Assembly: GCF_036588685.1 (NCBI RefSeq) | Contig: NC_086379.1 | Span: forward strand, 24,118,001-24,182,000 | Source of the DNA: Mytilus trossulus | Lineage: Eukaryota | Length of the DNA stretch: 64,000 nt | Direction of reading: 5' to 3' | Part shown: piece by piece, positions 12,891-27,300 of the stretch | Layout of the letters: each line of letters begins with the position of its first letter | Position numbering within the stretch: the stretch's first letter is position 1 | Translations under genes and position numbers: made by a program | Notes under the pieces: generated by a model | The model's database searches: none | What the model saw: the letters and a program-made list of their open reading frames with translations, nothing else | Told to the model about the DNA's origin: nothing

Positions 12891-14661
12891 GGAATCTCAA
12901 TATGTGGACTCCATTTTACATTTTCTGAGGATTAAAATTCAACTTTGAAATATATTTGATTGTTAGGTAAAATTATTTACCATATCCAGCCATAAATGCA
13001 TACGGACGAATCAGCATGTCACCGTCACCTACAAATTTCTAAAAATCTATAACATAATGCCACTTACAGATTTAACCTTATTTCAAAATTTTAAGATACT
13101 TGAAAATATTCCTGTGCAAGAACTTCAAAGTTTGTTGTTACTGTCTCGAAAACAATACACTTTAAATACAGTTAATTAAAAGCATAACAAATGTTTAAGC
13201 ACACTCCATATGCTTACATATATGTTTTATCAATGATTCGGATATCTGATGTTTGCAAAAAAATATATACCATCTTATATTTGTCCCACACAACGCGTTG
13301 TGAGGAATTTAAAAATATGAGGTATCCACTCGTGTCTCTTTGTGTCTTTACGTCCATGCATGTCTGACGGTATAAGCACCCTCATACATGTGAACAATTC
13401 TTCTCAAAATTGTATGAAATTTATATTAATATAATATAACAGCAATGATTTACCAATGTATGAAAAACAAAGTTGTTGAGCTATCTTATGTTTGGTTGCT
13501 CCCTTCCGAGAACATTGAAATGTTATTTCCTTATGGAAATCAAAATGCAGTTGATAACATTAAAAATCATACAGGATAATGTGACAAACTTTTATATTTT
13601 AGAGGTTCTAGGTATCACTATCCAATTATCTACGCACAAAAGTTTCTTACCGCCTGTTACATAATCTTGTAGAAGATACTCCTGCTTAGATTTTGCATCA
13701 CTGAAATATTCATATGTTGTGTGATTTTTGCAGGAGGTAACATTATCTACTCGAATAACATATTTTCTGTTTCTATCATCAATTTGAAGTATCTGTCTAG
13801 TTGGTTTTATACCAGGGTCAAGGCCAGAAGTAGAGAAACGCCCACCTTCCGGGTTACCTCTCAGTCGATCGTATCCTAATCCAAGTAATTTTGAATCGTC
13901 TAAAGTATTACAGGAACAAATCGGTAGAAACAGACTTAAGGTTGTGAATATCAAAAACATTGTCTGCAGTAAATACAATTATAGAAATAATGAAAATGAT
14001 TAAAATGAGATAAATGTTATGAATTATTGTCCTAATTTAGTTGCAAATCTTACAAAAAAAATACAATTGATAATTCCAGTTGATTAAGTATTTATATGTA
14101 ATAATGATATCTTTCTATTGAGTAATCAATACTTTTTTGTAAAGTGTGTTTTTCATGGGTGTTTTGTGTGATGTTGTTCAAATTTTAAGGGTTTTTTTTG
14201 CGTGGTGTTGCTTAAACGTATAGAGTTTTCAGTGATGTGTTTGCCCGACTGAAAGAGAAGCGAAAAATATCAGAGCGGACATACAAATTCAAAAGTCAGA
14301 AATGAACTTACAAGTCTAAAAAAGAAGAAGACAAACAGACAAACAAAACTCTCCAGAAATTGGGGTTGAACGCAAGTGCCTCGGTAGGTTATGCAGATCC
14401 TTCACAACATGTAGCACCCGTCGGTTTTATTTTACAATATTAAATTATTTTGGTGATTCTAGTGTATTTTTTTTTCATTGTGTTTTGGTAATGTGTTTTT
14501 TCTGTTTTCAATATGATATGTCTAAAAGCGTCCTTGGTGCATTGGTTCTAGTGTTACGTCATGAAAATGAGTGAACTTTATTGTTCTTGGAAGAAAATCA
14601 GTCAATAAAAGGCACAATAATTAAAAGATCATTTACAGACAAAACTTGAAGCTGAACTCAC

Positions 14662-14793
14662 CTTGTCTTCTCGAAGTGCGTCTGAACTAAAGAAAACAGA
14701 CCCAGTATTTAATAAACACAGATAATAAAGAGGATTTTCCATACACTATACCTTCACCTTCAGTAGTGTATGATTATAGATACAATGTTACCG
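14662..14793 (-). promoter_or_regulatory. Probable first exon and upstream motif of apextrin-like A
   Basis: AAG|gtgagt donor at 14656-14661; ATG at 14740-14742 in frame with the next exon; motif shared with B at 14777-14793. Confidence 0.5.
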
Positions 14794-17700
14794 ACTTTTA
14801 ACGGACTCAAGTATGGAGTTGAATATGATTTTTAAGCATAAAACTTTCTTTCTTGGCTGCTTTCAGACAACGATATATGATTTGTTTTATAACAAAGTAT
14901 ATTCCCTGTGTTTACAGGTACTAACATCAGTAGTTGCTTAACATATCTGAAATTGAAAGTCCCCGTTCGAACACAAAAAAACGTTATCAAATTTACACGG
15001 TTGAAAATAAGACTTGAAAAATAGGCTAACGTTTTGATATGTCATATGCAAATATAGGCCTCGTATCATGATGTATTTTTCTTAAAAGCAAATTTTAATA
15101 AAAAGAGGCTGATCATTTTTTTCCCCGAATTGTCACTAGAGAGTAAATATTGTGAAGTTGACGAAACCTAGTGGAACTTGAACATCACAGAACCTTATGT
15201 ATAATGATAAACTGTTACTATATTTCAACAAATTTGCAAAACAATAAAATTCAAATGGTATAATGCCCTTGACATTGTTGTTTAACATTTTAATACTAAT
15301 CTAGATGTGTGGAAAATGACATTTTTCAAATTTTGATGCACATCATTCAATTTGATTGGTGATACATGTAAATTAACTTGGTTGCAGACAGGTTAATAAA
15401 ATCATGGCGTTTTTCCATTGTTATATGATAATGTAAAACAAAATTCAATATTGAACAAGTAAATGAAGAAAAAAACAGGTCATTAATTACATACGTATGA
15501 ATCGCTTTTCTATATCTACCATCACTCTAAACGGTAAAAACCTATGTTTAAACAGTGTCTGATAATTATACATAAAACTAAAAAAAAAAAGGAAACTACA
15601 CAGAGGCTTGCTTTGTTTTCCAAAAAAATGAAAATATATCAAATGGAATGGTGATAGTCAGTTAAGTACTGTGATGTCGTTTATATATATGGCATTCATT
15701 TTCTTTTTTTGAAGTATCCATATAACAATTGCACCTGCATATTGAATATATGTATGTCAGATGGCTGATACCGATGACAATTGATATATTTCCCAATTAT
15801 ATAGACTCTAGCCAGAACTCGATTTTGTGTTTACAATCGAAGTTGCGCCCCCTGAGAATAAATTGTTTTGTTGTGAATCGTACTGTTCATCTTTAGTCAT
15901 GGTGCTTGTCGAAAGTTGAAATAACTTTGACTTTTCATGTTCTTTTGAATTTGCGAAATAAGCAACTATAGCATTCTATGGAAAATGGAAGTATGATTTT
16001 CTCAAATGACGATAATACTTTCATTTTCTAAGTTTACCACTTTCAATGAAAAAAAAATAAAGACTAGTTATTAGTCCAACGTTGACCCTATTTCGCCAGT
16101 CTTGTGTACACGAAAGGCCAACATAAAGACGAGAAGATGTAAAATTAACTTCTTCCGAAGGAGATTAGAAACATAACAAAAAAGATTCGAACGGAATAGC
16201 AGATGTACTCGTTCAAACAAAAGTGTGCTACTTAGGGTTCAATAGCAAAGACTTGAAGTAAAAAATATATGTGCATTCAAAGCTAATTGAATACAAGTCA
16301 TCAACAATGTTGGCGGTCTCAAATTTCCGTTATTTATTTGCCAGTTATTGATACTGTAGCTGCTTTGGTATAAATGTGCTCCTGTTTTGTCTTTATAAGA
16401 CTTAGTCCAAAAAGAAAACGAAATATGAGGGCTGTTATCATGGTTACTGTAAATTCAAAAATTATTGTGATGTTATTATTATTGCTAAAAATGCGAAAGG
16501 TTATAATTGCAATAATTCAAACTCGCGATTCGACATTTTTATATGAAATCAACAGAATTTTTCTCTACATCTCAAATATTAAATTTGCATTTTAGTCTAA
16601 AATGACAAAATCGTGATAAGAAATGAACGCAAAATTTTCTGAATTTACAGTATTTGGATTCTTGAATTGCACAAAAAATTAAATTTATCAAGCGTTTCAG
16701 AATTGTATTAATGTTATTGTCAAATGTACGAGAGAATATAATGTGGACCCTTAAGGGAAAAACGAACACTGTATTGTTTTGTAGATATAATGTAATAAAC
16801 ATGTCAAAATGTACCAGAATGTACATGTAGACCTAAAATTGCAATTTTTCACAACGTTTTTGAATTAAAACAAATATCAGATCAGGCTATACACAGAAAC
16901 ATCTTTTACACAGGTTAAAATGTTTGTAAATCTATCTTTTTTGTCAGTTTTTCTGTTTTGCAGTTGGTTTAAAGTATGATGCCCGATGCAAACATGTAGA
17001 CCAAAGTTCAAAATATAAAAACTGGTGTCTGATAGACTTATGTATCATAAACATCCCAGGGGCATTATTCGGTGGCGAAAAGAAACGAACCTCACGACTA
17101 CGGTGCATTTTAATGTTGAACCTAGATAACAAACCGAATTTCAATAAGTACAAGTAGCTTTATATACATTTTTATTGGTTTTGGCTTGAATGCCAAATAA
17201 CATAGAAACAGTGTTTCCGACTTTACGAGGAGAACATTAAGGAATTAAAATGTTGGTGTTTTTTTTTGGTAAAATACATTCGTTAATATTATAAAATTTT
17301 CATTTTCTGTATTAATATGAAAATATGAAAAGTCTTACATTAATCACTTTCTACTCTCGACATTTGCTGGTGCTTTATGACTATGGTTCAGAATGTATCA
17401 AGCGAGGAATTGAAAATCTTTGGCTATATATCATAGTACAGCATCATTGACCGATGCGAGTCATTACTTTAAACAGCAATATAGATCAGATGCACCACGA
17501 CGATCGGATGCTTTCAATAAGCTTCAATTATGTGATCATAATAAGAGTAATGATGTTGACTAGATAGGGGTCTTATCCCAACTGTGTAAGGATATATTAT
17601 AGTGTTCCCAATGTAAGCAAAAGTAACTAAACAAAATATTCCTTTTTGACAGGATACAATTGTTTTGTCTATAAAAAAAAGGCGCCGATGTTAAAGTTAA

Positions 17701-19734
17701 GCATATCCTCCAATTAAAGATGCTAAACCGGTGATATGGCCACAGTGTATATATTCTGCAATGACGAATTGTCTTGCGAGTCTAATTATTCTGGATAAGA
17801 GTACGCTATTTTAACATTCGACCATTAGTTCTTTGCAATCGCCCTGCAAGTTGAATGGTCAAAGACGGACATTTCTTATCTTAATATTCACCGGCTTGGT
17901 AGTTTCCACAGCCTGTCGTGTTTCTTAACCTCTATCGGGAAACTTCGGGCCGATGGCGGTCTTCGCGATTTATTGGTTGATTTCGGTGTGTATGCTGAAA
18001 ATACAGCTGAACTTAATATGTTGATATAAAACAGTGTCAGAGGGTCTAAACTTGTTTTTGAAGCGCTACTAGTTTGAATGCTAGTCATTTTTTTTTTAAA
18101 TAGATAAAGGTGTTCAAATTGTTATTAAATATCCATAGCAATTTTGTATGGAAAATAGAGGTTGTCCTTTGATCTTGATTTCTGCAAACTTCACCATATT
18201 TTAAGCTCTAACAACCAAAAAAATTAAAGTACACTTATGTCGATTCCAATGATATAGCTGTGTACTATTTTGGACAATCCATTTAAAAAAAATGTTCATT
18301 GTAATCACGGGGCTATAACCAGTGGATAAAAAGTGTTACTACTAGCTAACACTATCAAACGTTTTGAGTACCCCAATTTAGGTGTTTCTTTAAGCTAGTA
18401 CTCATTTAAAAAAAATGTATTGATATAACAGAATTGTTTGAGATGCCATTAAATGTATTATGAAATAATACATTTTGATTTATACGGAAAAGAACATTTT
18501 TGCGATAAATACCATGTATACATAATAATAGCATATTAGTGGCAAGGCTACCAAACCCGCTATCATTTTTGGCTCATATCTAAGCACAACTATATGTCCT
18601 CCTTCGTCTATAAAATATTAGAAACAGTGGCATCGGGTCATTAAAGACGATCTGTCTGCCTACTGTTAACATTGGTGAAAACGTGAAAAATATGATGAAA
18701 AATCTTAACACAGTTATTTAAATAAAATTATGAATACTGGTAATATTCGTGTATGTGAAGTTAGCAGTCGGTTCGTTATTCGATATTCGGTATTCAGTAT
18801 CCAAACGGCTGGTTTTCAAATTTATTTGAAAATCATTAAAAAATGTAATATTTGATAACATTTAAAGCAAGATCTTCTTAGTTGGAGCGAAAAGATACGA
18901 AGGAAATCGTTTATGGCAACTTCAAGTTGTCCTCGATTATAAACCCTCATCAATGCTTATGTGTAAGTTGCTTATTTGTCTTTATGATATATAGGTTTTT
19001 ATCATTAAAACGACATCAAAAATATTATTTTATATCTAATATTTCTTAAAACAATAACAAAAACAGATCATTTTAGAAACATATATACTTATAAATATAA
19101 ATAAATATGGACAACCCAAAAAACATAAATATATAGTGTTAACCTACCTGAGATCACTTAAATGACGGTCAGACCTCCCTGTTTTTAAAATCACTCTTTC
19201 TTATGCAGAGGACTGGCAAATTAGTTGATGCTATTATGATAATTTTTAATTGAATTGAAGTGTACTACGAATCAAGATAGTCATAGCAAAAAAGTATACT
19301 GATGTTTCACCCCGGTGTTTGAAGCTCCCGAATGTAGTTATCAATGTTGTCTGCTCTATGGTCTGGTTATTGTCTCTATGACATAATCCCCATTTTCATT
19401 CTCAAAGTAATTACAATTTTAAATTGCATAATTACCGTTAATTATTAGTATTAGACACGAAAGTAAAGAGGAACCTTATATAATAATTGTTATGCGTGAT
19501 TATTTAAAAAAAACACAATAGAAAATGAACTTATACATGTTATATGGCTAAAAATTGTAACGATATGTTCCAAGATTATTTTAAAAGGCATCGGACACGG
19601 GATACCAAGTTAACATATTTAAAACTAAACTGCAAGCAATGAAGCTTTTTATTTTCAATCTTTGGACATTTAGTAGCTGATTATTTTCGATACAAAATAA
19701 ATCGACAACCTTTGATATGTTGTTATCAAAAAGT

Positions 19735-20300
19735 AAGTCCCTAATCAAATGGTTAAATCAAAAGCTCAAATACATCAAACGAATGGACAACAACTGCCAT
19801 ATTTCTGACTTGGTACAGTCACTTTCCCATGTAGAAAATGATGGATTTAACCTGGGTTTAAAGCTAGCTAAGCCTCTCATTTTAATGGCAGTCACATTAA
19901 ATTCCATTATATTGACAACGATGTGAGAACAAAACAAACAGATATATTGAGTAAAATATCAAAAGTAGGGGTACATCAGTCAACATTGTGCTATAATCCT
20001 AAACACTACAGAGGGAAACAAATATGTAACAAAGAAGCACAAAATGGCATATAGACATAGCATATTAGTAAACATTAAAGCAAAAATACACTAATTTATC
20101 ATGATAGTACAATAACAGAATGACAGAATATACAGATGTACAGAGCCACGTCATAAATGTATCAAAGAAACATAAAAAAGGCATATAGACAAAGCACATT
20201 AGCAAAACTGAAAGACAAGAACACGAGTTATAGCATAGAACAATAACACAATGAAGGGATGTACAAGTACAAAGCCACGTCACATATATATCAATACATG
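19735..20300. repeat. Interspersed repeat with an internal ~134-bp tandem duplication; related to inverted copies at 34215-34520 and 39045-39360
   Basis: ggcatatagac at 20046 and 20180; shared ctgacttggtaca...aacctgg core. Confidence 0.6.
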
Positions 20301-20522
20301 TAAATAATGGCAACTAAGTATCGATTTTTAGATATTATAATTCACTTAGATCTAGTGATCGAGCCATATTGAATTCAAAAAGGGACTGTTATATAAATGA
20401 ATATTCGTTCAAAAGTCATAACTTAAACTATTTTCTAAAAATGACGACCATGATAAAATAAGAATACATATAAACGTGAATGAGCGATCATATGGAATGA
20501 AATAAACGGTACCAATTTTCTT

Positions 20523-20566
20523 GCACCAGATGCGCATTTCGACAATACATGTCTCTTCATTGATGC
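20523..20566 (-). ncRNA. Hammerhead copy with core mutation C3>A
   Basis: AUGAAGA instead of CUGAAGA; otherwise identical to 20875-20918. Confidence 0.8.
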
Positions 20567-20874
20567 TCGTGGCCAAAACATTTGAAATCCAAAGCTTATA
20601 TAAAAGATGAAGAGCTATAATCCAAAAGGTCCAAAAAGTATAGCCAAATCCGTGAAGGTAATCAGAGCCTTGCATGAGGGAGATACGTTCCTTAATTTAT
20701 AATAATTTATAATATTTTGTAACAGCAAATTTTAATAACACTAAAAAATCCGTATTTTCATGCCAGTACCGAAGTACTGGCTACTGGGCTGGTGCTACCC
20801 TCGGGGACTAATAGTCCACCAGCAGAGGCATCGACCCAGTGTATGAAATAAAATTACGGTACCAATATTTTCTT

Positions 20875-20918
20875 GCACCAGATGCGCATTTCGACAATAC
20901 ATGTCTCTTCAGTGATGC
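20875..20918 (-). ncRNA. Minimal type I hammerhead ribozyme, core intact
   Basis: GCAUCA-CUGAAGA-GACA uguau UGUC-GAAA-UGCGC-AUC^UGGUGC. Confidence 0.88.
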
Positions 20919-21095
20919 TCGTGAGAAATGCACATAATATATGATGAATGCACATAAGATATGATAAATATTTGTATGGATTACCTTACTGATATGATGA
21001 ACAAACGTATTCCAAAAAGTAAAACATATAGTAAGAAAAAAGGGAAAAACGACACTTGTGCAAAAAATAATTTTTAATTAACAACAATTTGGTAA

Positions 21096-21101
21096 TTTAT
21101 T
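21096..21101 (-). promoter_or_regulatory. Polyadenylation signal AATAAA of apextrin-like B
   Basis: AATAAA about 40 nt after the stop codon. Confidence 0.55.
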
Positions 21102-21139
21102 CGTACACTGTAAATGTGTGTTATTGGTGCCATAACAGT

Positions 21140-21395
21140 TTATCCAAAGACATAAGAACCTTGACGATCAATCTCGTAGTAACAAAAATATAAAGTGTGA
21201 TCTTTGTTACAGCCAGTGTCGTATGGATGATCTCCATGACAACTGTCTTTGTTGCTATCCTTTTCGTCATTAAAATGAAAATATTCTTCACTAACAACCA
21301 TGCCATGGACTTGCTGACATCCGCTGGTGTATCTCATTAAATAAAAAGGTTTGTCTATAGGTAGATAAATCTTGTCGGCGGTATGCCCATCATTT
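21140..21395 (-). CDS. Apextrin-like B, terminal ApeC exon
   Basis: NDGHTADKIYLPIDKPFYLMRYTSGCQQVHGM...LYFCYYEIDRQGSYVFG*; cag| acceptor. Confidence 0.9.
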
Positions 21396-24300
21396 CTGTA
21401 AATAATATTTAATCAAAACAATTTAACATTTATCATCGTATTTATTTATATAATTTTTAGGAACTAGACAATTGACATTTGCGTATTCATAATCAGCGAA
21501 TGTATACAGCGAGAGTAACCAATTAATACACCCTTCAAATGTGAAAATGTGAAAAAAAATTAATACACCTCAAAAAACATCCTGCTAACTGACACCAGTA
21601 ATAGTTACAAACAAAAACAATTTAAAATACAAAGAAATACATATTATGTTATAACAAACCATTGTATTTTTTTTTTGCATGTTTCAAAAAATCTTTGAAT
21701 AATCTAACTCTTGTAATCTTTTACCTGCAGCAGAAATAGATATCTGTGTCAGAACCATATGTTCCGTATGGTAAGATACCATTTACTGCGTTACCATTAC
21801 CGGAATTCTCATCATCCCAGTGAATATAGCCTTCATCAAAACCTTTGAATAGAAATAATTATATTGTATCATCTGTATTTATTTAAAAATATAACTTAAA
21901 TCTTGAACTTAGTCACAATGTATCTGACAATCTCTGCCATAAACAATAATACAGAATAAATTAGAATAAATGACCCTAATAATTATTCAAGTGCTATTTT
22001 ATCTTTCATAACGACTATTAGATGATACAGCTTGTATGTGGGTGAAAAATGCCAGAACCACATCAGTATCTACCAGAGATTAGGCACACGGCCTGGGAAA
22101 ATGGTTGCTCACTGTGATATCGTTGGATATATAGACAGCATTAAATGGTCCTTGATAACATTTCTTATTCCCTTCGTAATAAGATGGCACGTCAAGTGAC
22201 TCAATGAATGTTTTTGGTATCAACAAAGAGGGTTAATTTCACAACGTGTAATGCCCATAAATGTCAGAATTGAAATGTCTTAAGCTTGAATGTTATGTGG
22301 AACACAATTAAACTTTGAACCCTATGAGAAAGACATAGAAAGAGTTTAGAAAACCTCTTATGTGGCAAAACCTATATACAAACTAATATAATATTAACAC
22401 AAATTAAACAATTACTGTCCACACTGATCTGTTTCCATACAATATAGAGCTCTAGCTAAATTGCATCGAGACTACAACTGATGAGACCAAATTAAACAAA
22501 ATCAAAAACGATTAAGAACCACCTATTAAATTAAACATCTGATATTTAATAACAGTTACACACGTGAAATCAATTTAACAAACATAACATAGTGAGAACC
22601 ACTAACGGAACAGTCACAGCTTGTCCTTGCTCAATCTCAGGTTTCTGTGTAATTTTCAGGTATTGTTGTTACCGTTACTATATTTTTACAGTTTTCATTG
22701 CATTACTAAGTTTATGTTGTCCCTTTGATACTTTCTCTTTCTTTTCATACACTGTTCATTGTTTTTTTTCTTTCTAACCAATACTGCAATGTGATGTGAT
22801 CGTCTGACAGGAGCAGACAAGAAGGCGAAGGATATCAACCAAACAAGATGTACGCATACTTAATATATAATGTGCTGCTGTTATGGTTCATATCAATTTG
22901 TTTATGTTCATTATTGTATTTAGTATTATATTATAGATTGAAGTTAGTGTCATTAATCAGTAAATGTGAGAAACAGAATAGAAACATAAGATTTTATAGA
23001 GTAAAACCAGTGCCCAGCATATAACTATATGAAACAAATGTGTATTGTTTTATTGACCGTCATGGTACTTCACTATACTGCACTGTCTCAAGGTAATGGT
23101 AAAATATATTCTAAACAGAAAGTAAACTAATTTACAGAATTGTATGTGTTTGGTGTTCGTGAGACTGTGTTTTTTGCCAATCAGATCCATAAATATGCTT
23201 TTAAGGTCCCGAACTCTTTCTGCCATTAAAAAATCTGGACGAATTTTGTAAAAAAAGCCTTAAATTGTTAATACAAAACTCGATGAAACCAGTACTTTAT
23301 AAAAACTGTATTTGATGTGAAATATCAGAAAAAATGCATCGTCTGTCTTAACAACTGTGTAACATTTAAACTAGTAAGTTGGGAAGACATAAATAAAACT
23401 CAAATATGTTCTGAATATGATAAAGAGCATCTTCTGTAAAACTAAAATGTTCAGTTGTGAACACTGATCATTGAAGATTTCGGATATTAAATTTTTGTGA
23501 AACCGTCAATTGATCGCGCGGTTAATACAGGGAGCAATGAAGGATTTTGCACAACAAAAATAAGTCATTGAAATCCAAAACGTCACTACAGACATGTACA
23601 TAGCAAACTAGTTCGAGTATTAAATACAGTGAGATGGTGCTAAAGAAATATCGCAGTTAAAATATAAAAACAATTGGAAACCAAAAATCGTCTTTCTTGT
23701 GGCTAATTTGTATGATGAGTTTCCGGCGTAAAACTGAAATTTGAATCACAAAACAACATAACTGTAAATGTTATTGAACTTAACGAATGATTGGATTATA
23801 CGTGTCTTGACTGTTTTTTGCCAAAAACTGTGATTTATTAATATTGCAGTACAGTTACTAGTCACCTGCTAAAATGGCATTTGGTGCCTATCAAAAAACC
23901 TTAAAATATATATTTGCCGAAAGTACTGATGTTGTTGAGGAAAAAACTTAAAGCTTTTATGATTTGCTCAACACTAGCGCTTTATACAATAGGACATTTG
24001 TGCCTTTACATTATTTGCTTTTTATGACTTTCCTCCTATTAAATTCGGGCTTTGGACCGTTAGGTTTGACCTTGCAGTGTAAAACTTATTATTTCATACC
24101 ACATTAAAATTGTTATATGTAGAAATTATAAAGACACAAAGACACGTATAGCCATTGCATGTCTGTTTTTGGTATTTGATACTGAGGGAATGCAAACATT
24201 TACCCTTGTACTCTGTCCTGACTGGTAAGTTGCATACATTTCAAATAAGTACTATGCTATTTCTCTTTCTCTATTTCAACTTTTGACTGAGATCCCTGTT

Positions 24301-27300
24301 TGTTAATAAAACAAACTTAACATGTTTAAATGCAATTAACCGACTTTTGTTCAATAACAAAAATCCATCATGACATTTATATCTTCTTATTTATTTACCA
24401 GTCTAAATTGAAAACAACGTTCAATCCTATGATTGCGTTGGATGAAACCCGTAATTTTCTACATGTGCTCGTAAAACAAATTTCCCGGTAGAGGGGTCCA
24501 GATACAGCACAAACATTTTCAAATAGACTAAAAAATAAAGGAATCGGTATACTTTAACAAAATGCATTTGACTAACAGGTCGAACAATTGATGTTCTTAA
24601 ACCCTGCGGACTATTGCCAAATAAAATTGATCATAATACATAATAAGAACCTCCAATTAATCAGAAAAGAAAAAGATGTGTCCATCATATGATTATTTTG
24701 TTTATAACTTTCTATGGAACGAAAGGATTTGAAAATATATAAACTATGATTTTATTGTTCGTATAGAACTTCTGAGTACCATTGACATCATATTAACACG
24801 ACATTGTTTGCTGCTTTGTCGGCCGGGCGACTACAAAACGCTTCTGTGTTTTGTTTGGCTACGTTTCGCTAGTGTTTACTTTACGCAACTTTTAATAAAT
24901 GCAGGAATATTGTAATTGTTCAAACCATATTACGTACTTGTAGGACATGATCCATACTTCAGAATACAGTAATTTCCAGCGGGCCAATTCCTGCTGTACA
25001 CACCTGTATTTCCGGACGTCTGTGTGCAGAAGTAAAATTTGGAGTTTTGTTTAATATGTGTTTCACCTAATAAAATAGACCATTAAAATATATAAAATAA
25101 ACATATATTACGTTAATAATTTATACACTTTCCTGCAAATGACATGGTTATATCCACTTGATGGTCTTATCATTAAGCATTTTTACTTGGACTCTGCTGT
25201 ACCTCGTCTGACCATAACTTCCTATTAGTTGTTTTTTACTTATACAAAAAGTATTTTCCTATGAAACTGCTGACCCAATAAATAACAAAATAAGTAAGCA
25301 CTATCTTGTGTGGTATATAGTTTAAAATAAGTCTCTGATGATCCCCAGGACTAAACACTATGACCACGTAGGCAAACACTTAATCATAGTGGTAAACTAC
25401 AACTTGTATTAATAGTTTGAAAACCATAATACATAGGGAAAATCTGACACGAGCTTAAAGGTTCAGAACCTTGTCGACCAACATTGTCAGATTGCACTGT
25501 TTAAGAGTTATTTCCTTTGATTGGCGATTTTTACAAAAATCATAATGTGTAATTTGCCAATTGTTAAAAAAAACTATTATGTAAATACATCCAATATGAC
25601 CAGCAACACGATTTCTACTAATGAATCAATTGCCGAAAAAGTCTGTAGACTACTTACAAATGTATATGAGTTTTTTTTTCTTTTAAATAATGGTATGTAT
25701 ACCCTTTTAATGTGTTGGGCCAACAATAGAATTATAAAAAGACATTGTAAACCAAACAAAAGGTATGAGCAGAAAAAAATCTGCAAGTCGGTCAATTAAG
25801 TCGATATTTTCAGTAAACTTTATGCAAGGGCAATTTCCATTTCTGGGCTTTTGGCAAATGTTTTATACAATCAATTAAGAGACCAATAAATGAAGCTAAT
25901 GGTAGTATACCGCTGTTCAATAGACATCAATCGATTTAACTGAAACAAATCCGTGTCACAAACCAAAAGTGAGAGAAACACATCAACTACATGACTTGTT
26001 ATAAAAATAATTATTTTCTGTGACTGTATCTTACATTAATTTGTAGGATCCTTTACTATAGATAATTGAGCTGATCTGTAATAATAACATCTTCATGCCT
26101 TATATATCATGTACTGTAGTACGACGCTAGATTAAAACTGACGAGGAAAGGTAACACACGGCCACCGAAAGCTTTATTTTTGTAGAGCCCAGGTGGAAGT
26201 GTGGTTTAGCGGGACGGCTGCAGTGCAGGCGATTTGGTGTCACGATATCACAGTAGCATGGGTTCAAATCCCGGCGAGGGAAGAACCAACAATTTGCGAA
26301 AGCAAATTTACAGATCTAACATTTTTGGGTTGATGTTTAGACGAGTTGTATATACATTATGTACACAGCTATGTATCATCATCATTGATGGCGATCCAAT
26401 GGATAAATCTGTTGTAGAGTTGTCACTGACTCAGACGTACTTACACTACAAAAAGTCAAAAAGTCTGAAAAGACCAGTTTTTGTCTGAATTTGCATGAAT
26501 TTTTACTCGACATTCTTAATTTGTCTGAATAATTAAAAAAAATTATTGACTTAGAGTATGAATTTGTCTAATAAGGTTTTTAATTTTTCTTGACAAGTGT
26601 CTTGATAGTATGAACATTGTCATAAAATTTCTCGACACTTCCTGTATCATCTAATAATAGTCTGGATTAGTCTCGACCAATTCTTGACAGTCTTAAATTT
26701 GTCTCAATCTGTCTTGACGTATTCTTGACATTCTTAATAATGTCTGAATAATTCTTGACATTCTTAATAATGTCTGAATAATGTGAATATGTCTCGACAC
26801 ATTCTTGACAGTCTTAAATATGTCTTGACACTATCTCAGCATAAATTCCGAAAATTTTTTTTAGATCTATATTATGCATGCCTGTTTTAGATCCATTTCA
26901 TAAGAACAATGATTTCTATAGAAAGGGGACCCATTATAAGTACATTTTTTTATTATTCCTGGAGTAGATAATACTTTTCTTTTAATCTTTGGGTAATATT
27001 CATTTTTTTTATGTTGAAATAATTAACTCCATAATTTTGATGCAGAAAATAAAATTTAATTTCATTTTTTTTCATCAAAATAATGATTTTTATCTTGAAC
27101 AAACTGTTTAAATTGTAGTGATATGGTCAGTCAACTGATAAGTTGTATAACTTATTACAGGTACAGCAGTAATTTGAAAGTTGCGTGTACTCTAGGGTGT
27201 GGAATACCTTAATTTTATGGGGAACATCCTGTCCATGTGTAATACTTCTAACAGATGACATTACAAAAAAGTTTCTTCTGTTAAATGAAGGATTTGTATA

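Larger units (their letters stand above)
2825..13960 (-). pseudogene. Apextrin-like MACPF paralog (copy A), disabled; 3' ApeC exons not seen in this window
   Basis: Exons 13651-13960, 12981-13028, 11353-11552, 3803-3889 (duplicated at 7407-7493) and 2825-3167 match copy B exon for exon. There is an in-frame TAA at 11536-11538 (ACT/Thr in B). A LINE separates the 87-nt exon from its acceptor. Confidence 0.85.
20497..20922 (-). mobile_element. Retrozyme-like unit (352-nt period) bounded by two type I hammerheads
   Basis: Hammerheads at 20875-20918 and 20523-20566; internal UUCG hairpin at 20762-20781. Confidence 0.85.

Noticed and set aside
26187-26282. Functional tRNA-Cys(GCA) gene
   Set aside because: The acceptor and anticodon stems pair poorly, the variable region is overlong, and it is embedded in repeat sequence; more likely a SINE head.
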